Shown: positions 29,120-38,888 of the stretch, piece by piece
Layout: the number at the start of each line of letters is the position of its first letter
Position numbering within the stretch: the stretch's first letter is position 1
Origin: Lentisphaeria bacterium
Lineage (GTDB): Bacteria; Verrucomicrobiota; Lentisphaeria; JABSQK01; JAWLHB01
Reading direction: 5' to 3'
DNA: 64,000 nt
NCBI GenBank assembly: GCA_041690595.1
Contig: JAWLHB010000003.1
Span: forward strand, 1 to 64,000
The notes under the pieces: model-generated
Databases searched by the model: none
Told to the model about the DNA's origin: nothing
Seen by the model: only the letters and a program-made list of their open reading frames with translations
Translations under genes and position numbers: made by a program

Positions 29120-31588
29120 TTACTCCAGGTGGCATGCATCCACGTGAAGGATCGCGGTTTTCTGAGGGAGAGTGGATTCCGGTAGCACGGAGCTGACGTG
29201 CACGACGAGGGGGCCCGGCAGGGTCAGGCCGGTATCGATGGGCAGGCGCCAGGTAACCAGCTCGTTGGCATCCTTTCCAGCGGTCAGGGGGAGCGGAGGC
29301 GCAGGGCTGCCGAGCAGCCGGAGCTGCCATTGACCTGAGTCCGGGGCGAGACTGCCGGTGAGTACCAGCTCCCTGGGTGGCGTCGGGCCGATAGTGGGGA
29401 TCAACCATGAAAGGGTGGCGGTGCCTGCTCCGCTTGCGGCCAGCTCCAGAGCCCCCCACCCCGACCACGCGAATCGGCCATTCGGAGCAAGTTGCGCGCT
29501 GATGTCCCCTTCAGTTGAAACCCGTGCATCCTCCCCCTCCAGCCAGCCCGATGCGGCGGGCGGCGGGAGAAAGAACGCGATCTGATCGAGGCGGATGAGC
29601 GTGGCGCCTGGACCACGCCGCGTGATGCGGAAGATGGCCTCCGCGTCTGGCGAGGGGTTCAGAAGCGGCGCGCCAAAGTCCACGCCGCCGTCGCGTCGAT
29701 AGCCGGGCGGACCAGGTATGAAGATCTGCCTGCCCATGGGCCCGCCGCCGACGACACTCCAGTCTGGGCGCTGTCCTGGCGAGACGGCGCCCGGCGGATT
29801 CAGCGCTGCCGTACGAGTCAGGAGTTCCAGCTCGAAGGCGGAGTGGCTGATGCCGTTGACGGGTCCGGTGAGGCCAACTATACCGATCGCCAGGTATCGG
29901 CTGGCCGGCAGGTGTATCGGGGTATCGGCATAAGCGAGCAGCCGATCCAGACGCACCCGCAGGTACCGGCCACCGCTGGGATGAAAGATCTCTTCGTCAT
30001 CCGCAACCGCCTCGACCTGCCCACCGTGGACGACAGCCATCGGGGCCAGAACTTCGGCCTCCATCATGCGCGCCAGGCGAGCGTCTCGGGTAGGTGGGGC
30101 AACCACAAAGCGTTGAGACGGCAACGCTTCCGCCTGGGCGGGCAGATCGGGCGCGACGAAGGGGGGGCCGCCGAAGCGGTACCAGAGGGCGATGACCACG
30201 GCCTGCTTGGGTGCGGCGACCAGATCGGACCCGGGATCGTAACCGATGGTAAGCTGGCGGCTGAAGGGGAGCGGATCGGTGAGAAAGTGGCGCATGGCGC
30301 CGACATACTGACCGCCCTTGCGTGGATGCATCAGGATGGGGGTGGTCTGCCATGGCCAGATGCTCCACAGCGGCAGGAGCGCCGGACTGCGCAGCGGGGG
30401 CGCGTCGTCCATGGCGACCCAGCTTGCGGCATCAATCGGATTGCGGTTCAGGTTGCCGGTACCGAAGTAGCCGATGGCGGCAAGCTGCCCGGAGCCGGGA
30501 AGCGTCACCAAGGGGGCCATGCCAGCGGTAACTGGCGCCACGACGCGCAACCCGCAGAGGCGTCCGGCGGTGGCGGCATCCTCGGCCGGCACGGTGACGG
30601 CACGCACCGACCCCGAGAAGGCGCGTCGGGCCGAGCGGTTGACCAGGTCGATGCGCAGCCCCCGAGCGAATGGCAGGGGCAGGTTGAAGTAGAAGCGCGC
30701 GTGCGGCAAGACGATCGCACGATTCTCGGCATGCACAGGGTAGCGGACTCCTGAGGCGAGAGCCCCCATGTGGGTGTCCCACCGCCCCAGCGGCCAGGGG
30801 AAGCTCAGGCCTGTCAGGTCGGTCACCGGCAGGCGAAGGGCGGGCTCCGCGGCGCCATCGTAGGTGAACTCGACGACGACCTCGCGCAGCGCCCCCATCA
30901 GGGCGGGTGCGAACTCCAGAGCCAGGTGAGTCACTTCACCGGAACCCGGAAGGGTCAGCGCGGTGACGCGGGAGCGCGCCGGCAGCTCGAAGGCATGGTC
31001 ATTCTGCTGGCGTGGCCCGGGAACGGCGGCGCGCCAGCCTTCCCCGGCGCTGCGCCAGGACGCCGCGACGGCCTGCAGGCCACGCGCATACGCACCGGCT
31101 GGATCGGCGTCCGCCGGTGAGACGACCGTGGTCTCGCCGAAGGTGCGGTAGCTGAGATAGCGTTCCGGTGCGGCCATGTCAGTCACGATTCGCAGCGAGG
31201 AACGAAAGCCCACGGGGGCCAGCAATCCCCCCAGATTGGCGATCGGTGACGGAAAGAGGATGGCGCCCTCCTCAGGCGGTTCGAGGAGCTGCCGCACGGC
31301 GCCGCTCCAAAGCTGCTCCCCATCCACCAGGATGGTGAGGGTAGCAGCGCTGTCACGAACGACCAGATGGTCGAGCACGCCCGGTCCATCCACGGCAAGC
31401 AGGAGGTACTGCCCGGGCTCACCGGCGGGTGCCAAGGGCTCCTGGCCGGCGAGGGTCGTGCGCTGGCCCAATGGCGGGCGCGCCAGCCAGAGCCAATCGG
31501 TCAGCTGGTTGGGGGAGCCCGGCGCCGGCAGTGGTTCGGCCGACGCCGCCAGTGCCGCAAGGATCAGCAGGGCAGCAAATCGTCTCAT
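29120..31588 (-). CDS. secreted DUF2961 (GH172-like) domain protein
   Basis: Signal peptide; GPGVLDHL, GSGEVTHL, LPLPFARGLRIDLVN, RHFLTDPLPF motifs. Confidence 0.7.
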   Translation of the reverse strand: MRRFAALLILAALAASAEPLPAPGSPNQLTDWLWLARPPLGQRTTLAGQEPLAPAGEPGQYLLLAVDGPGVLDHLVVRDSAATLTILVDGEQLWSGAVRQLLEPPEEGAILFPSPIANLGGLLAPVGFRSSLRIVTDMAAPERYLSYRTFGETTVVSPADADPAGAYARGLQAVAASWRSAGEGWRAAVPGPRQQNDHAFELPARSRVTALTLPGSGEVTHLALEFAPALMGALREVVVEFTYDGAAEPALRLPVTDLTGLSFPWPLGRWDTHMGALASGVRYPVHAENRAIVLPHARFYFNLPLPFARGLRIDLVNRSARRAFSGSVRAVTVPAEDAATAGRLCGLRVVAPVTAGMAPLVTLPGSGQLAAIGYFGTGNLNRNPIDAASWVAMDDAPPLRSPALLPLWSIWPWQTTPILMHPRKGGQYVGAMRHFLTDPLPFSRQLTIGYDPGSDLVAAPKQAVVIALWYRFGGPPFVAPDLPAQAEALPSQRFVVAPPTRDARLARMMEAEVLAPMAVVHGGQVEAVADDEEIFHPSGGRYLRVRLDRLLAYADTPIHLPASRYLAIGIVGLTGPVNGISHSAFELELLTRTAALNPPGAVSPGQRPDWSVVGGGPMGRQIFIPGPPGYRRDGGVDFGAPLLNPSPDAEAIFRITRRGPGATLIRLDQIAFFLPPPAASGWLEGEDARVSTEGDISAQLAPNGRFAWSGWGALELAASGAGTATLSWLIPTIGPTPPRELVLTGSLAPDSGQWQLRLLGSPAPPLPLTAGKDANELVTWRLPIDTGLTLPGPLVVHVSSVLPESTLPQKTAILHVDACHLE

Positions 31589-31593
31589 GAATC

Positions 31594-34500
31594 TCAGTTG
31601 GTGAAAGTCGCGGGAATAACCGGCGCCGTGGCCGTGACGTTGCGGGCACGGGCCGTGACGTCGACACCGTCAACGCGGAGGACGGTGCCACCGATCATGG
31701 CGCAATCCTGGACAGTGTCGCCGCCGACGCGTATGAAGGCGATCTGGGCGTCGCTCTCCAGCAGGCCGGCCTGCACACTCTGGCCGGAGGTGTTGAGGAG
31801 CACCCAGTGGGCGCTGAGCGTCCGGCCATCATGGGAAATGGAGGTGACCTGAAGCACGGTCACTTCATCGTCATCGCGAATGATCTCGATGCGGGGAGCC
31901 GCCTTGGACTCCGGGGGTGGCTGGAGCAGGTGATCGGGATTGAAGGTGGGTTCATGCGGGAGGAGGATGGTGGTGAAGGTAATCTGGCTATTCGGCTCGG
32001 CCATGCCCTGCCATTCCTGGCGCATGCGGATGGGGGACTGGCGGTAGGGATTTTCGTCGTAGGTATCGGCAACGGTATGTTTTCGCCCCTCGCGAGGGAC
32101 AAAATAGATGAGCAGGTCCCACGGGGGATTGTGGAAGGACTGGACGCCCCGGCCAAGGCCGAGGCCAGTGAGGTACATCTCCTCGTAATAGGTATTGAAC
32201 CAGTTCGGCCCACACTTGGGACCGACATTGCGGGTCTGGAAGGCGGGCCCCAGACGCACCTTCATGCTGGCGGTAAAGGTGACGCGGTCTTTGACGACGA
32301 CGAAGCCGGCCTTGCTGAAGAGCAGGTCGCGGGTGTAGGTAAGGGGCATCTGCTGGTAGGTGCTGGTTTCGACGCGGGCGAAAGAGAAGGCGGCGTCATC
32401 AGCCAGGAGGGGCACGGTGGTGGCGGCGAGCTGGGGAGCCGCGGCCAGTCCCTCCAGATCCTCGATCCACATGATGTTCTGAAACTGTGGAGTTTGTTCG
32501 TAATAGCCCTGGCCAGCAAGGAGGACACTGTCGTTGCCGATGAGGGTGATGAGATTGCCCGGCAAGGCGCCGCCGTGTCCCGCCGAGGCGAGAAGCTCGA
32601 CCATGGCCCACGGATTGCGCGGATTGTGACCGCTGCCCAGGACCAGCTTCTCGGGGATCAGCCTGGTGGTGTCCAGCACGACGGTGTTGAGCCCCGGCTG
32701 CGCCTTCTGCTCTTCGGCGGTAGTGGGCCGGGTAGCTGGTCGCCAGACCACGTTGGCGCCGCTGGCGGCGGGGGGAACGGGGGCGACATCCTCGTCGGCA
32801 TGAAAGTAGGCCATGAGGAAGAGGGACTTCATGCCGTCCGCGGGAAGGTGGTACTGGGTGACATCGTGCTCGAGGTGGTTGTAAAGGTATTCGGCAACGC
32901 GATGGGCGACCCAGCGGAAGGAGCCATCGCCGGTGAGCGCGGCCATCTCCTCGAAGAGGGAGATGCTGGCGCCCACGGATGGCCAACCGCTGTCGCTGCC
33001 GTAGGTGGGCATGGCACCGCTGGGGGCGATGAGGTCGCGATAGCGGGAGATGGCGCGAAGGTAGCCGGGATTGGTCAGCAGGGGGCTCAGATCGCCCTGA
33101 TGATGGTAGATCGCCTGGGGGTAGTGAAACCAGCCCCAGTTGTAACCGGAAGAGGCATCGTCATCGTCTCCGGTCGCCTCGAGCAGGTCGGCGTGGTAAT
33201 CGGTGTAGGCGATGACCCTGGGGTCGACGGGCTGACCATCTTCCTCGGCGATCTGGCGCGCCACCTTGAGCATGCTGTAGCGATGCCAGATACGGTTGTG
33301 CGTACCGGACTCGGAGAAGTAATAAAGGTGCGGTTTGGCGGCGACGGGGTAGAACATGGCGCGGTAACGCTTCTCGGCGTCCGGCGGAGCCCATGGGGAA
33401 TCCGGGGTCTTCAGCCAGGTGTGGTAGCGGTAAGCAGCAATAGGGACGAGCTTGAAGGCGTCGATGGTATCCCGGGAAGGCTCGCCATAGGTGGCTTCGG
33501 GAGAGGCAGTCAGGACGCGCGTCAACTCGAAATCCATCAGGTCGCGCCCGAGCGTCATGTACTCGTCGTTGCCGGTTGCCTTGTGGAGCGCGAGGCATTG
33601 CATGAGGTAGCCGGTGCCCCACGGTCCATTGGTGTCGATCTGCTGGCGTACCTTGGCAATGAAGCCGGGTTCGACATGCTTGAGGATGAAGGGAAGGTAG
33701 TCGTCTCTGCCGCGGACAAAGCTGTGTCGCAACAAGCCGCGCTGGTGCAGATCGGCGGCATTGTGGGCGACGCGGGAGGGCCGCATGCGGTTGATCTCGC
33801 CACCAGGATTCTGGATCATCGGCGGCTCGGGAGCGGGCTCGACCATGCGCAGCGGTGCGCGTACCAGAACGGCGTTATCGCCAGGTGCCTTCAGCAGGGC
33901 TTCGAGCGTGTAGCTGCCAGGCACGGGCAGCTGGCCGGGGGCGAAGGTGGCGAAGGCGGTACCGGTCATGCCGGGGGGGATCTCGAGGGTCACGGGGTTT
34001 TCAAGGACGATCTTGCCCGTAGCATCGACGACGCGCAGGCGATCGACCGCGGCCTGACGGCTCAGCGCGTCGACATCGAGGCGGGCGGTCCAGGCGGAGG
34101 TGGTGGGAATGTCGTCCAGAGAGAGGGTGAGAAGTCCCACGGCGTCGTCCCGTTCGACCAGGCGGAAGGTGGGGCGGTCATCCCAGCCCCAGCCGAGCTG
34201 CTTGAGGGGCTGATCGGGGTCCATGTCCACCAGCATGATGGCGATGAAGAGACGGGCGCCGGTGCGCGGTTCATAGTCGAGATCGGCCCACGGAATGGCG
34301 GCTTCGACCGCGTAGCCGGTGGGCGTTTCGGCGACCGCCCATTTGCCGTTCGGGGTGATCATCCAGTGCTTGTCGCGACTGTCGAGCGAGCGGGCATTGG
34401 GCAGGAGCGCGCCGCGCGGCTGGGGGCCGGTGGGAGCGTACCGCAGACCAAGCGTCACCTCATTGCTGTAGGGGTTGTTGCGCCGCATTGCCTGGCTGTA

Positions 34501-34896
34501 GGAATTGACGACGACCATGACCGAGTCGGAGCCCCACGGGGCGGGCCCCTGATTGCCGAGACTGTCCGGCTTGACGCCCAGCAACTGGTCGTCGGTGACG
34601 TCACCGGCGATGTACAGATGAGTCGCATCCCACGCGAAACTGACGCGACCGCTGATGTCGCCGGCACCCTTGATCGGGTTTGCGGGATCGACGTAATGGC
34701 GCATCCTCTCCGTCCCTTCCGGCGTCAGGGTAACCTGAGCTTTCTCCCTATCCCAATCGTTCAGGCTGCCATCGATGACGATGGGCTTGACGACCTTGGG
34801 CAACAGGAATTGCGGTGGCGTCGCGACGGGTTCGGCGGCGGTCGCGCCGACGGCGGTCATCAGCAGAATGAGGGCGGAGAAGAGGCGTTTACGCAT
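31594..34896 (-). CDS. secreted protein with N-terminal CBM9-like sugar-binding domain and heparinase II/III-like C-terminal region
   Basis: IVIDGSLNDW, AWDATHLYIA..VTDD, GYAVEAAIPW; later PSGAMPTYGSDS and YTRDLLF...VVKDRV. Confidence 0.75.
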   Translation of the reverse strand: MRKRLFSALILLMTAVGATAAEPVATPPQFLLPKVVKPIVIDGSLNDWDREKAQVTLTPEGTERMRHYVDPANPIKGAGDISGRVSFAWDATHLYIAGDVTDDQLLGVKPDSLGNQGPAPWGSDSVMVVVNSYSQAMRRNNPYSNEVTLGLRYAPTGPQPRGALLPNARSLDSRDKHWMITPNGKWAVAETPTGYAVEAAIPWADLDYEPRTGARLFIAIMLVDMDPDQPLKQLGWGWDDRPTFRLVERDDAVGLLTLSLDDIPTTSAWTARLDVDALSRQAAVDRLRVVDATGKIVLENPVTLEIPPGMTGTAFATFAPGQLPVPGSYTLEALLKAPGDNAVLVRAPLRMVEPAPEPPMIQNPGGEINRMRPSRVAHNAADLHQRGLLRHSFVRGRDDYLPFILKHVEPGFIAKVRQQIDTNGPWGTGYLMQCLALHKATGNDEYMTLGRDLMDFELTRVLTASPEATYGEPSRDTIDAFKLVPIAAYRYHTWLKTPDSPWAPPDAEKRYRAMFYPVAAKPHLYYFSESGTHNRIWHRYSMLKVARQIAEEDGQPVDPRVIAYTDYHADLLEATGDDDDASSGYNWGWFHYPQAIYHHQGDLSPLLTNPGYLRAISRYRDLIAPSGAMPTYGSDSGWPSVGASISLFEEMAALTGDGSFRWVAHRVAEYLYNHLEHDVTQYHLPADGMKSLFLMAYFHADEDVAPVPPAASGANVVWRPATRPTTAEEQKAQPGLNTVVLDTTRLIPEKLVLGSGHNPRNPWAMVELLASAGHGGALPGNLITLIGNDSVLLAGQGYYEQTPQFQNIMWIEDLEGLAAAPQLAATTVPLLADDAAFSFARVETSTYQQMPLTYTRDLLFSKAGFVVVKDRVTFTASMKVRLGPAFQTRNVGPKCGPNWFNTYYEEMYLTGLGLGRGVQSFHNPPWDLLIYFVPREGRKHTVADTYDENPYRQSPIRMRQEWQGMAEPNSQITFTTILLPHEPTFNPDHLLQPPPESKAAPRIEIIRDDDEVTVLQVTSISHDGRTLSAHWVLLNTSGQSVQAGLLESDAQIAFIRVGGDTVQDCAMIGGTVLRVDGVDVTARARNVTATAPVIPATFTN

Positions 34897-34957
34897 GGCT
34901 GTTCCTCTGGTTTAAGGCAGGGCAAAGGGGGACGAGCAAACCGTGCGGCGACTCGAC

Positions 34958-35686
34958 TCACCACCAGAAGCGAATCTCCGCATCACGTACATTGTTGTAC
35001 TGGCGATTCTCGAGGTGGCCGTCGGCGTAGATCATGTTCGGCTTGCCGTCATGGGTTGAGCGGGCCACATCGCCTACCCAATAAAGGGAATACGGGAGGC
35101 GGATGGAGCCGGCGGACCAGGTCCAGACCGGTTCGATGTCGGAGAGTTCAATGATGGCGGACGGGTTGGGCACGGCATTGGAGCGCGCGGCGCGATTGGC
35201 GTTGGCAATGTAGTCGTAGCCGAAATGATAGTTGCGCCCGTACCGTGGCCAGGAGATTCCGGTCAGGTTTCCGTTCCACCTGCTGAACCAGGTCTGTGTG
35301 TAGGGACGGTAGGCGAATCCGACATCGCCTTGGGTGGAAGATGGCGAGGGCAGGAGGCGACAGTCGAGGCTGTTCGCCTGGGCTCCCGTCCAGTAGCCGC
35401 TGCCGGCCAGTTTGCCCCACCAGAAGGCGTAGTATTCACCGTTACCGAACTGGGCGGTGGGCACCATGAAGTCATCGAAATCGGACGTGTAAAGCTGGCA
35501 GGTCGACCAGACTTGTTTCAGATTGTTGGCGCAGGTCGTCAATTGCGCCTTCATCCTGGCCTTGGTAAGGGCGGGCAGCAGCATACTGGCGAGAATGGCA
35601 ATAATCGCCACAACGACCAGCAATTCAATCAAGGTGAAGCGAGAGGTGGATCTGGTACGGATGTCGGGCCGAACGTGATCATTCAT
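34958..35686 (-). CDS. prepilin-type N-terminal cleavage/methylation domain protein with H-X9-DG motif (DUF1559-like)
   Basis: [28 protein letters not shown]...CANNLKQ; C-terminal [13 protein letters not shown]. Confidence 0.93.
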   Translation of the reverse strand: MNDHVRPDIRTRSTSRFTLIELLVVVAIIAILASMLLPALTKARMKAQLTTCANNLKQVWSTCQLYTSDFDDFMVPTAQFGNGEYYAFWWGKLAGSGYWTGAQANSLDCRLLPSPSSTQGDVGFAYRPYTQTWFSRWNGNLTGISWPRYGRNYHFGYDYIANANRAARSNAVPNPSAIIELSDIEPVWTWSAGSIRLPYSLYWVGDVARSTHDGKPNMIYADGHLENRQYNNVRDAEIRFWW

Positions 35687-35718
35687 GGTGAAGACTCCTT
35701 ATGATCGGTTGTTACAGT

Positions 35719-36891
35719 TCATGACTGGGAGGATAGCGTTACAGGCGAAGGTGAAGTCGCGGCTGCGTCGGCAAAGGCGGCGGCGCCGCACGAAGCACGC
35801 ACAACAAGCCGGGGGGGCACGATGTAGGGAGCTGTCTGGTGGCGCGTGCCGATCATCAGCTCGGTGGCCCGCCTGGCCATGGTATTCACGTCCATGTCGA
35901 TCGTGGTAATGGAGACGGGAGATTCTGTCGCCCATGGAGTATTGAAGAGTCCGGTGACGGCCAGATCCTGAGGGACGCGCAGCCCCAGCTCCATGGCGCG
36001 CATGATCACCTTCACGGCAAGAAAGTCCATTTCGCAGACGATGGCGGTCGGTCGGTTTGGCCTGGCGAGGACGCCGCGGATGCCATCATCGGTGCCGATC
36101 ATGCCCGATGGGGGACGCTCGGAGAACTGCACGACCTCCGTGTGGGCCTCCAGTCCAGCCTCCTGCATGGTCCGCATGTAGCTCTCGCGCATCTGCATCA
36201 GGGGCGCATTGCGCTGGTGAGAAGGATCCGTCGGCAGGGGATCGAAAGGGAAGACGCCAAAGAGCATGATGTCGCGGTGGCCAAGGCGAACCAGGTGCTT
36301 GACGGCGAGGCGTATGCCACCGGCATAGTCGGCAAATGCCGCATGGGGGGGTGGATCGCCCGGTGCATCGAAACAGTGAACGCAGACCGCGCGTTTGTCT
36401 TCGTTGCCCGCCAGAATGGGGCGGGAATAGTAACTGGCGCCATCGAAGACAATGCCGCGGATCGGCGCCCCCAGCAGACGCTGGACCGCTCGCGCATAGT
36501 CGCGGTTGACCGGCTGACAGCCGTGGGCATCAAGGTCCTCGCCGGCAAAGGGGTCGACATTGACGGGGAAGAGCCCGTGGCGCATCAGGTGGCGACACAA
36601 GCTCGAACAGAGTTCGCTGTAGAAGTGGCCGCGACTCTGCATGACCACCCCAACCTGGTGGAGCAGCGAGAGGGTTTCATCGCCCTGACCGACAATGAAG
36701 GTCCCCTGCTTCTTCACACGTCGCACGATGCCCCGCCCGGCGAGACGCTGGATGGCACGATTGACGGTGACGCGGCTTACACCAAGCTCCTCGACCAGGT
36801 CGATCTCCCGTGGAAGCATGCCAGTGGCGTACTGCCCGGCGGCAATCCTATCCATCAGCGTGGTCGCAACCTGCTCGTACTTGTGTGCCAT
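35719..36891 (-). CDS. GntR-HTH / LacI-type sugar-binding hybrid transcriptional regulator
   Basis: LPREIDLVEELGVSRVTVNRA...GTF; LGHRDI, PTAIVC, GLRVPQDLAVTG, LVVRAS. Confidence 0.92.
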   Translation of the reverse strand: MAHKYEQVATTLMDRIAAGQYATGMLPREIDLVEELGVSRVTVNRAIQRLAGRGIVRRVKKQGTFIVGQGDETLSLLHQVGVVMQSRGHFYSELCSSLCRHLMRHGLFPVNVDPFAGEDLDAHGCQPVNRDYARAVQRLLGAPIRGIVFDGASYYSRPILAGNEDKRAVCVHCFDAPGDPPPHAAFADYAGGIRLAVKHLVRLGHRDIMLFGVFPFDPLPTDPSHQRNAPLMQMRESYMRTMQEAGLEAHTEVVQFSERPPSGMIGTDDGIRGVLARPNRPTAIVCEMDFLAVKVIMRAMELGLRVPQDLAVTGLFNTPWATESPVSITTIDMDVNTMARRATELMIGTRHQTAPYIVPPRLVVRASCGAAAFADAAATSPSPVTLSSQS

Positions 36892-36911
36892 TTGGATTCT
36901 CCCGATGCTTA

Positions 36912-36940
36912 ATCTTAGCCGCGCCAAATCCTTATGTCAA
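36912..36940 (-). promoter_or_regulatory. sigma70-type promoter for the regulator and downstream cluster
   Basis: Minus strand TTGACA-17 bp-TAAGAT, 20 nt upstream of the ATG at 36891. Confidence 0.75.
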
Positions 36941-37198
36941 CCAAGCGGAGCAAAAAAAGATTTAATAGAAGACATAAAGGGCAGTATGGACGGTATGGCC
37001 GGTATGGTCGGCAAAGCGTAGGTCCACGGTCGGGCTCTCCGAGCGATGGAGCTGCGCGGAGAGGCTGTCGAGGTGATCGAATGAATCGACTTGATCGAGA
37101 GCAAATCGAGATCGAGCCCCGAGGGCCGCCTGATGTCAACACGCAGTGGACGCAGTGCCTGATGTTTGCGTCGCCGTCCGTCTATGCCGTCCATGGCG

Positions 37199-37235
37199 AA
37201 ACGCGAAGGCCACTCGGGGGAGAGTGGCCTTCGCG
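37199..37235 (-). terminator. intrinsic terminator-like hairpin downstream of melA
   Basis: 14-bp perfect stem CGCGAAGGCCACTC / GAGTGGCCTTCGCG followed by TTT on the minus strand. Confidence 0.7.
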
Positions 37236-37265
37236 GGGAGGGGGCTGTGGTGTTGCGGGGGGGGA

Positions 37266-38774
37266 TCAGGCTTTGGCGGTGGCGCGCTCCTGGGCCTTGT
37301 CGGCTTCGGCGGCCTGCTTGCGGGCGGCGTCCTTGTCCTGCTTCATTTCGTCGACGGTCTTGACCTTGAGGCGGGCAGCCCCTTCGGTGACGCGGGTGGG
37401 GATGAGGTTGCCGGAGGCAAGGCGCGCCTTGGCTTTGGCGATGGCATCGGCGTACTGGGGGAGCCATTGGGCCTGGGCCACCAGCATCTCGTCGACCATC
37501 TGCCAGATTTCGGGGGGATTGCAGACGGCGCCGACGAGGGGATCCAGCATCATGGCCTGGCGGAGGAGGAGATCGTCGCCATGAACGGCGGCTTCGACGG
37601 CGAGGCGCTGGACGGAGATGGAGGCATTGCAGACGGCGGCGCAGCCGAGGGGCAGGTCGCCGACGATGGGGATGTTCATGCCGTTGCCATCGACGTAACC
37701 GGGGACCTCGACGATGCAGTCCTCGGGGAGGTTGGTGATGCAGCCGCGGTTGACAACGTTGAAGTGGCCGCGGTAGCAGCGCCCGGTTTCCAGCCCTTCG
37801 ATGATGTAGGAGCCGTGTTCATGGCCGCGGTGCTCGGCGCCATAGACCTTCGGTTCTTCCTTCATCCAGTTGGGGAAGTCGGTTTCGAACCAGTTGCGCC
37901 CTTCGGTGCAGACGCGGAGGTAGCCGCCGGTTTCGCCGTTGATCCAGGAATTGAGGGAGATCCAGTCGTTGATCTCGTCGGTGCGCTTGCGGTACCAGGG
38001 GAGGTACTCGCTGAGGTGGCCATTGGATTCGGTGGAGAAGTAGCCGAAGCGGCGCAGCATGTCGATGCGCACCTTTTCGTTTTGAGAATAGGATTCGTGC
38101 TTCTCCATGGCGTCGAGGAGCTTGCCGGTGAGGTCCTGGCCCTTGTGGCGGATCTGGGTGTACCAGGTCTGGTGATTGATGCCGGCGCAGATGATGTCGA
38201 CCTCTTCCTTGGGCAGACCGAGGGCGTTGGCGATCATCCAGTGTCCGCCCTGCACGCCATGGCAGAGGCCGACGCAGTTGACGCCGAAGCCGTACTTGTT
38301 GGCGGCCCAGGTCATCATCGCCATGGGGTTGGCGTAGTTGAGGAGGAGGGCGTTGGGGGCGGAGACTTCGCTGATGTCCTTGCAGAAGTCGAGCATGGCG
38401 GCGATGCCGCGCTGGCCATAAAGGATACCACCGGCGCAGAGGGTGTCGCCGACGCATTGGTCGACGCCGTACTTGAGGGGGATGTCGATGTCGGTCTTGA
38501 AGGCGTCGAGACCGCCGATACGGACGACGCTGAGGATGTAGTTGGCATCGCGCAGGGCTTCGCGGCGGTCAGTGGTCGACTGAATTCTGATGGAGAGGCC
38601 ATTGGCATCGATGTCGCGCTGGCAGAGCTGGGTGACCATGTCGAGGTTGTGCGCGTTGATGTCGGTGAAGGCGATGCGGATGTCCTGGAATTCCGGGACG
38701 GAGAGGAGGTCGATGACGAGGCGCCGGGTGAAGCCGATACTGCCTGCCCCGATGAAAGCGACTTTGAAGGACAT
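37266..38774 (-). CDS. melA: GH4 NAD+-dependent alpha-galactosidase/alpha-glucosidase
   Basis: FIGAGSIGF, GDTLCAGG, NYANP, VGLCHG, GINHQ, STESNGHLSEY. Confidence 0.93.
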   Translation of the reverse strand: MSFKVAFIGAGSIGFTRRLVIDLLSVPEFQDIRIAFTDINAHNLDMVTQLCQRDIDANGLSIRIQSTTDRREALRDANYILSVVRIGGLDAFKTDIDIPLKYGVDQCVGDTLCAGGILYGQRGIAAMLDFCKDISEVSAPNALLLNYANPMAMMTWAANKYGFGVNCVGLCHGVQGGHWMIANALGLPKEEVDIICAGINHQTWYTQIRHKGQDLTGKLLDAMEKHESYSQNEKVRIDMLRRFGYFSTESNGHLSEYLPWYRKRTDEINDWISLNSWINGETGGYLRVCTEGRNWFETDFPNWMKEEPKVYGAEHRGHEHGSYIIEGLETGRCYRGHFNVVNRGCITNLPEDCIVEVPGYVDGNGMNIPIVGDLPLGCAAVCNASISVQRLAVEAAVHGDDLLLRQAMMLDPLVGAVCNPPEIWQMVDEMLVAQAQWLPQYADAIAKAKARLASGNLIPTRVTEGAARLKVKTVDEMKQDKDAARKQAAEADKAQERATAKA

Positions 38775-38888
38775 GTGCGGTTCTCCTTTGGGATGGGTGT
38801 CGATTGGGAAGAAAGTGAATTTGTGCTATACTGTGGCACAGGCGAGCTGCCATTCCATTTCAAAGTTGTGCTTTCTTGTGGTGATTTT

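Noticed and set aside
31807..35154. Long plus-strand ORF (likewise 1355..2944, 19415..21700, 40409..42487, 51915..53933, 54075..55925)
   Set aside because: Antisense shadow ORFs typical of high-GC coding DNA, each overlapping a well-supported gene.
37146..38888. N-terminal extension making an 868-aa AraC protein
   Set aside because: This part is antisense to melA. The regulator starts near 38889.
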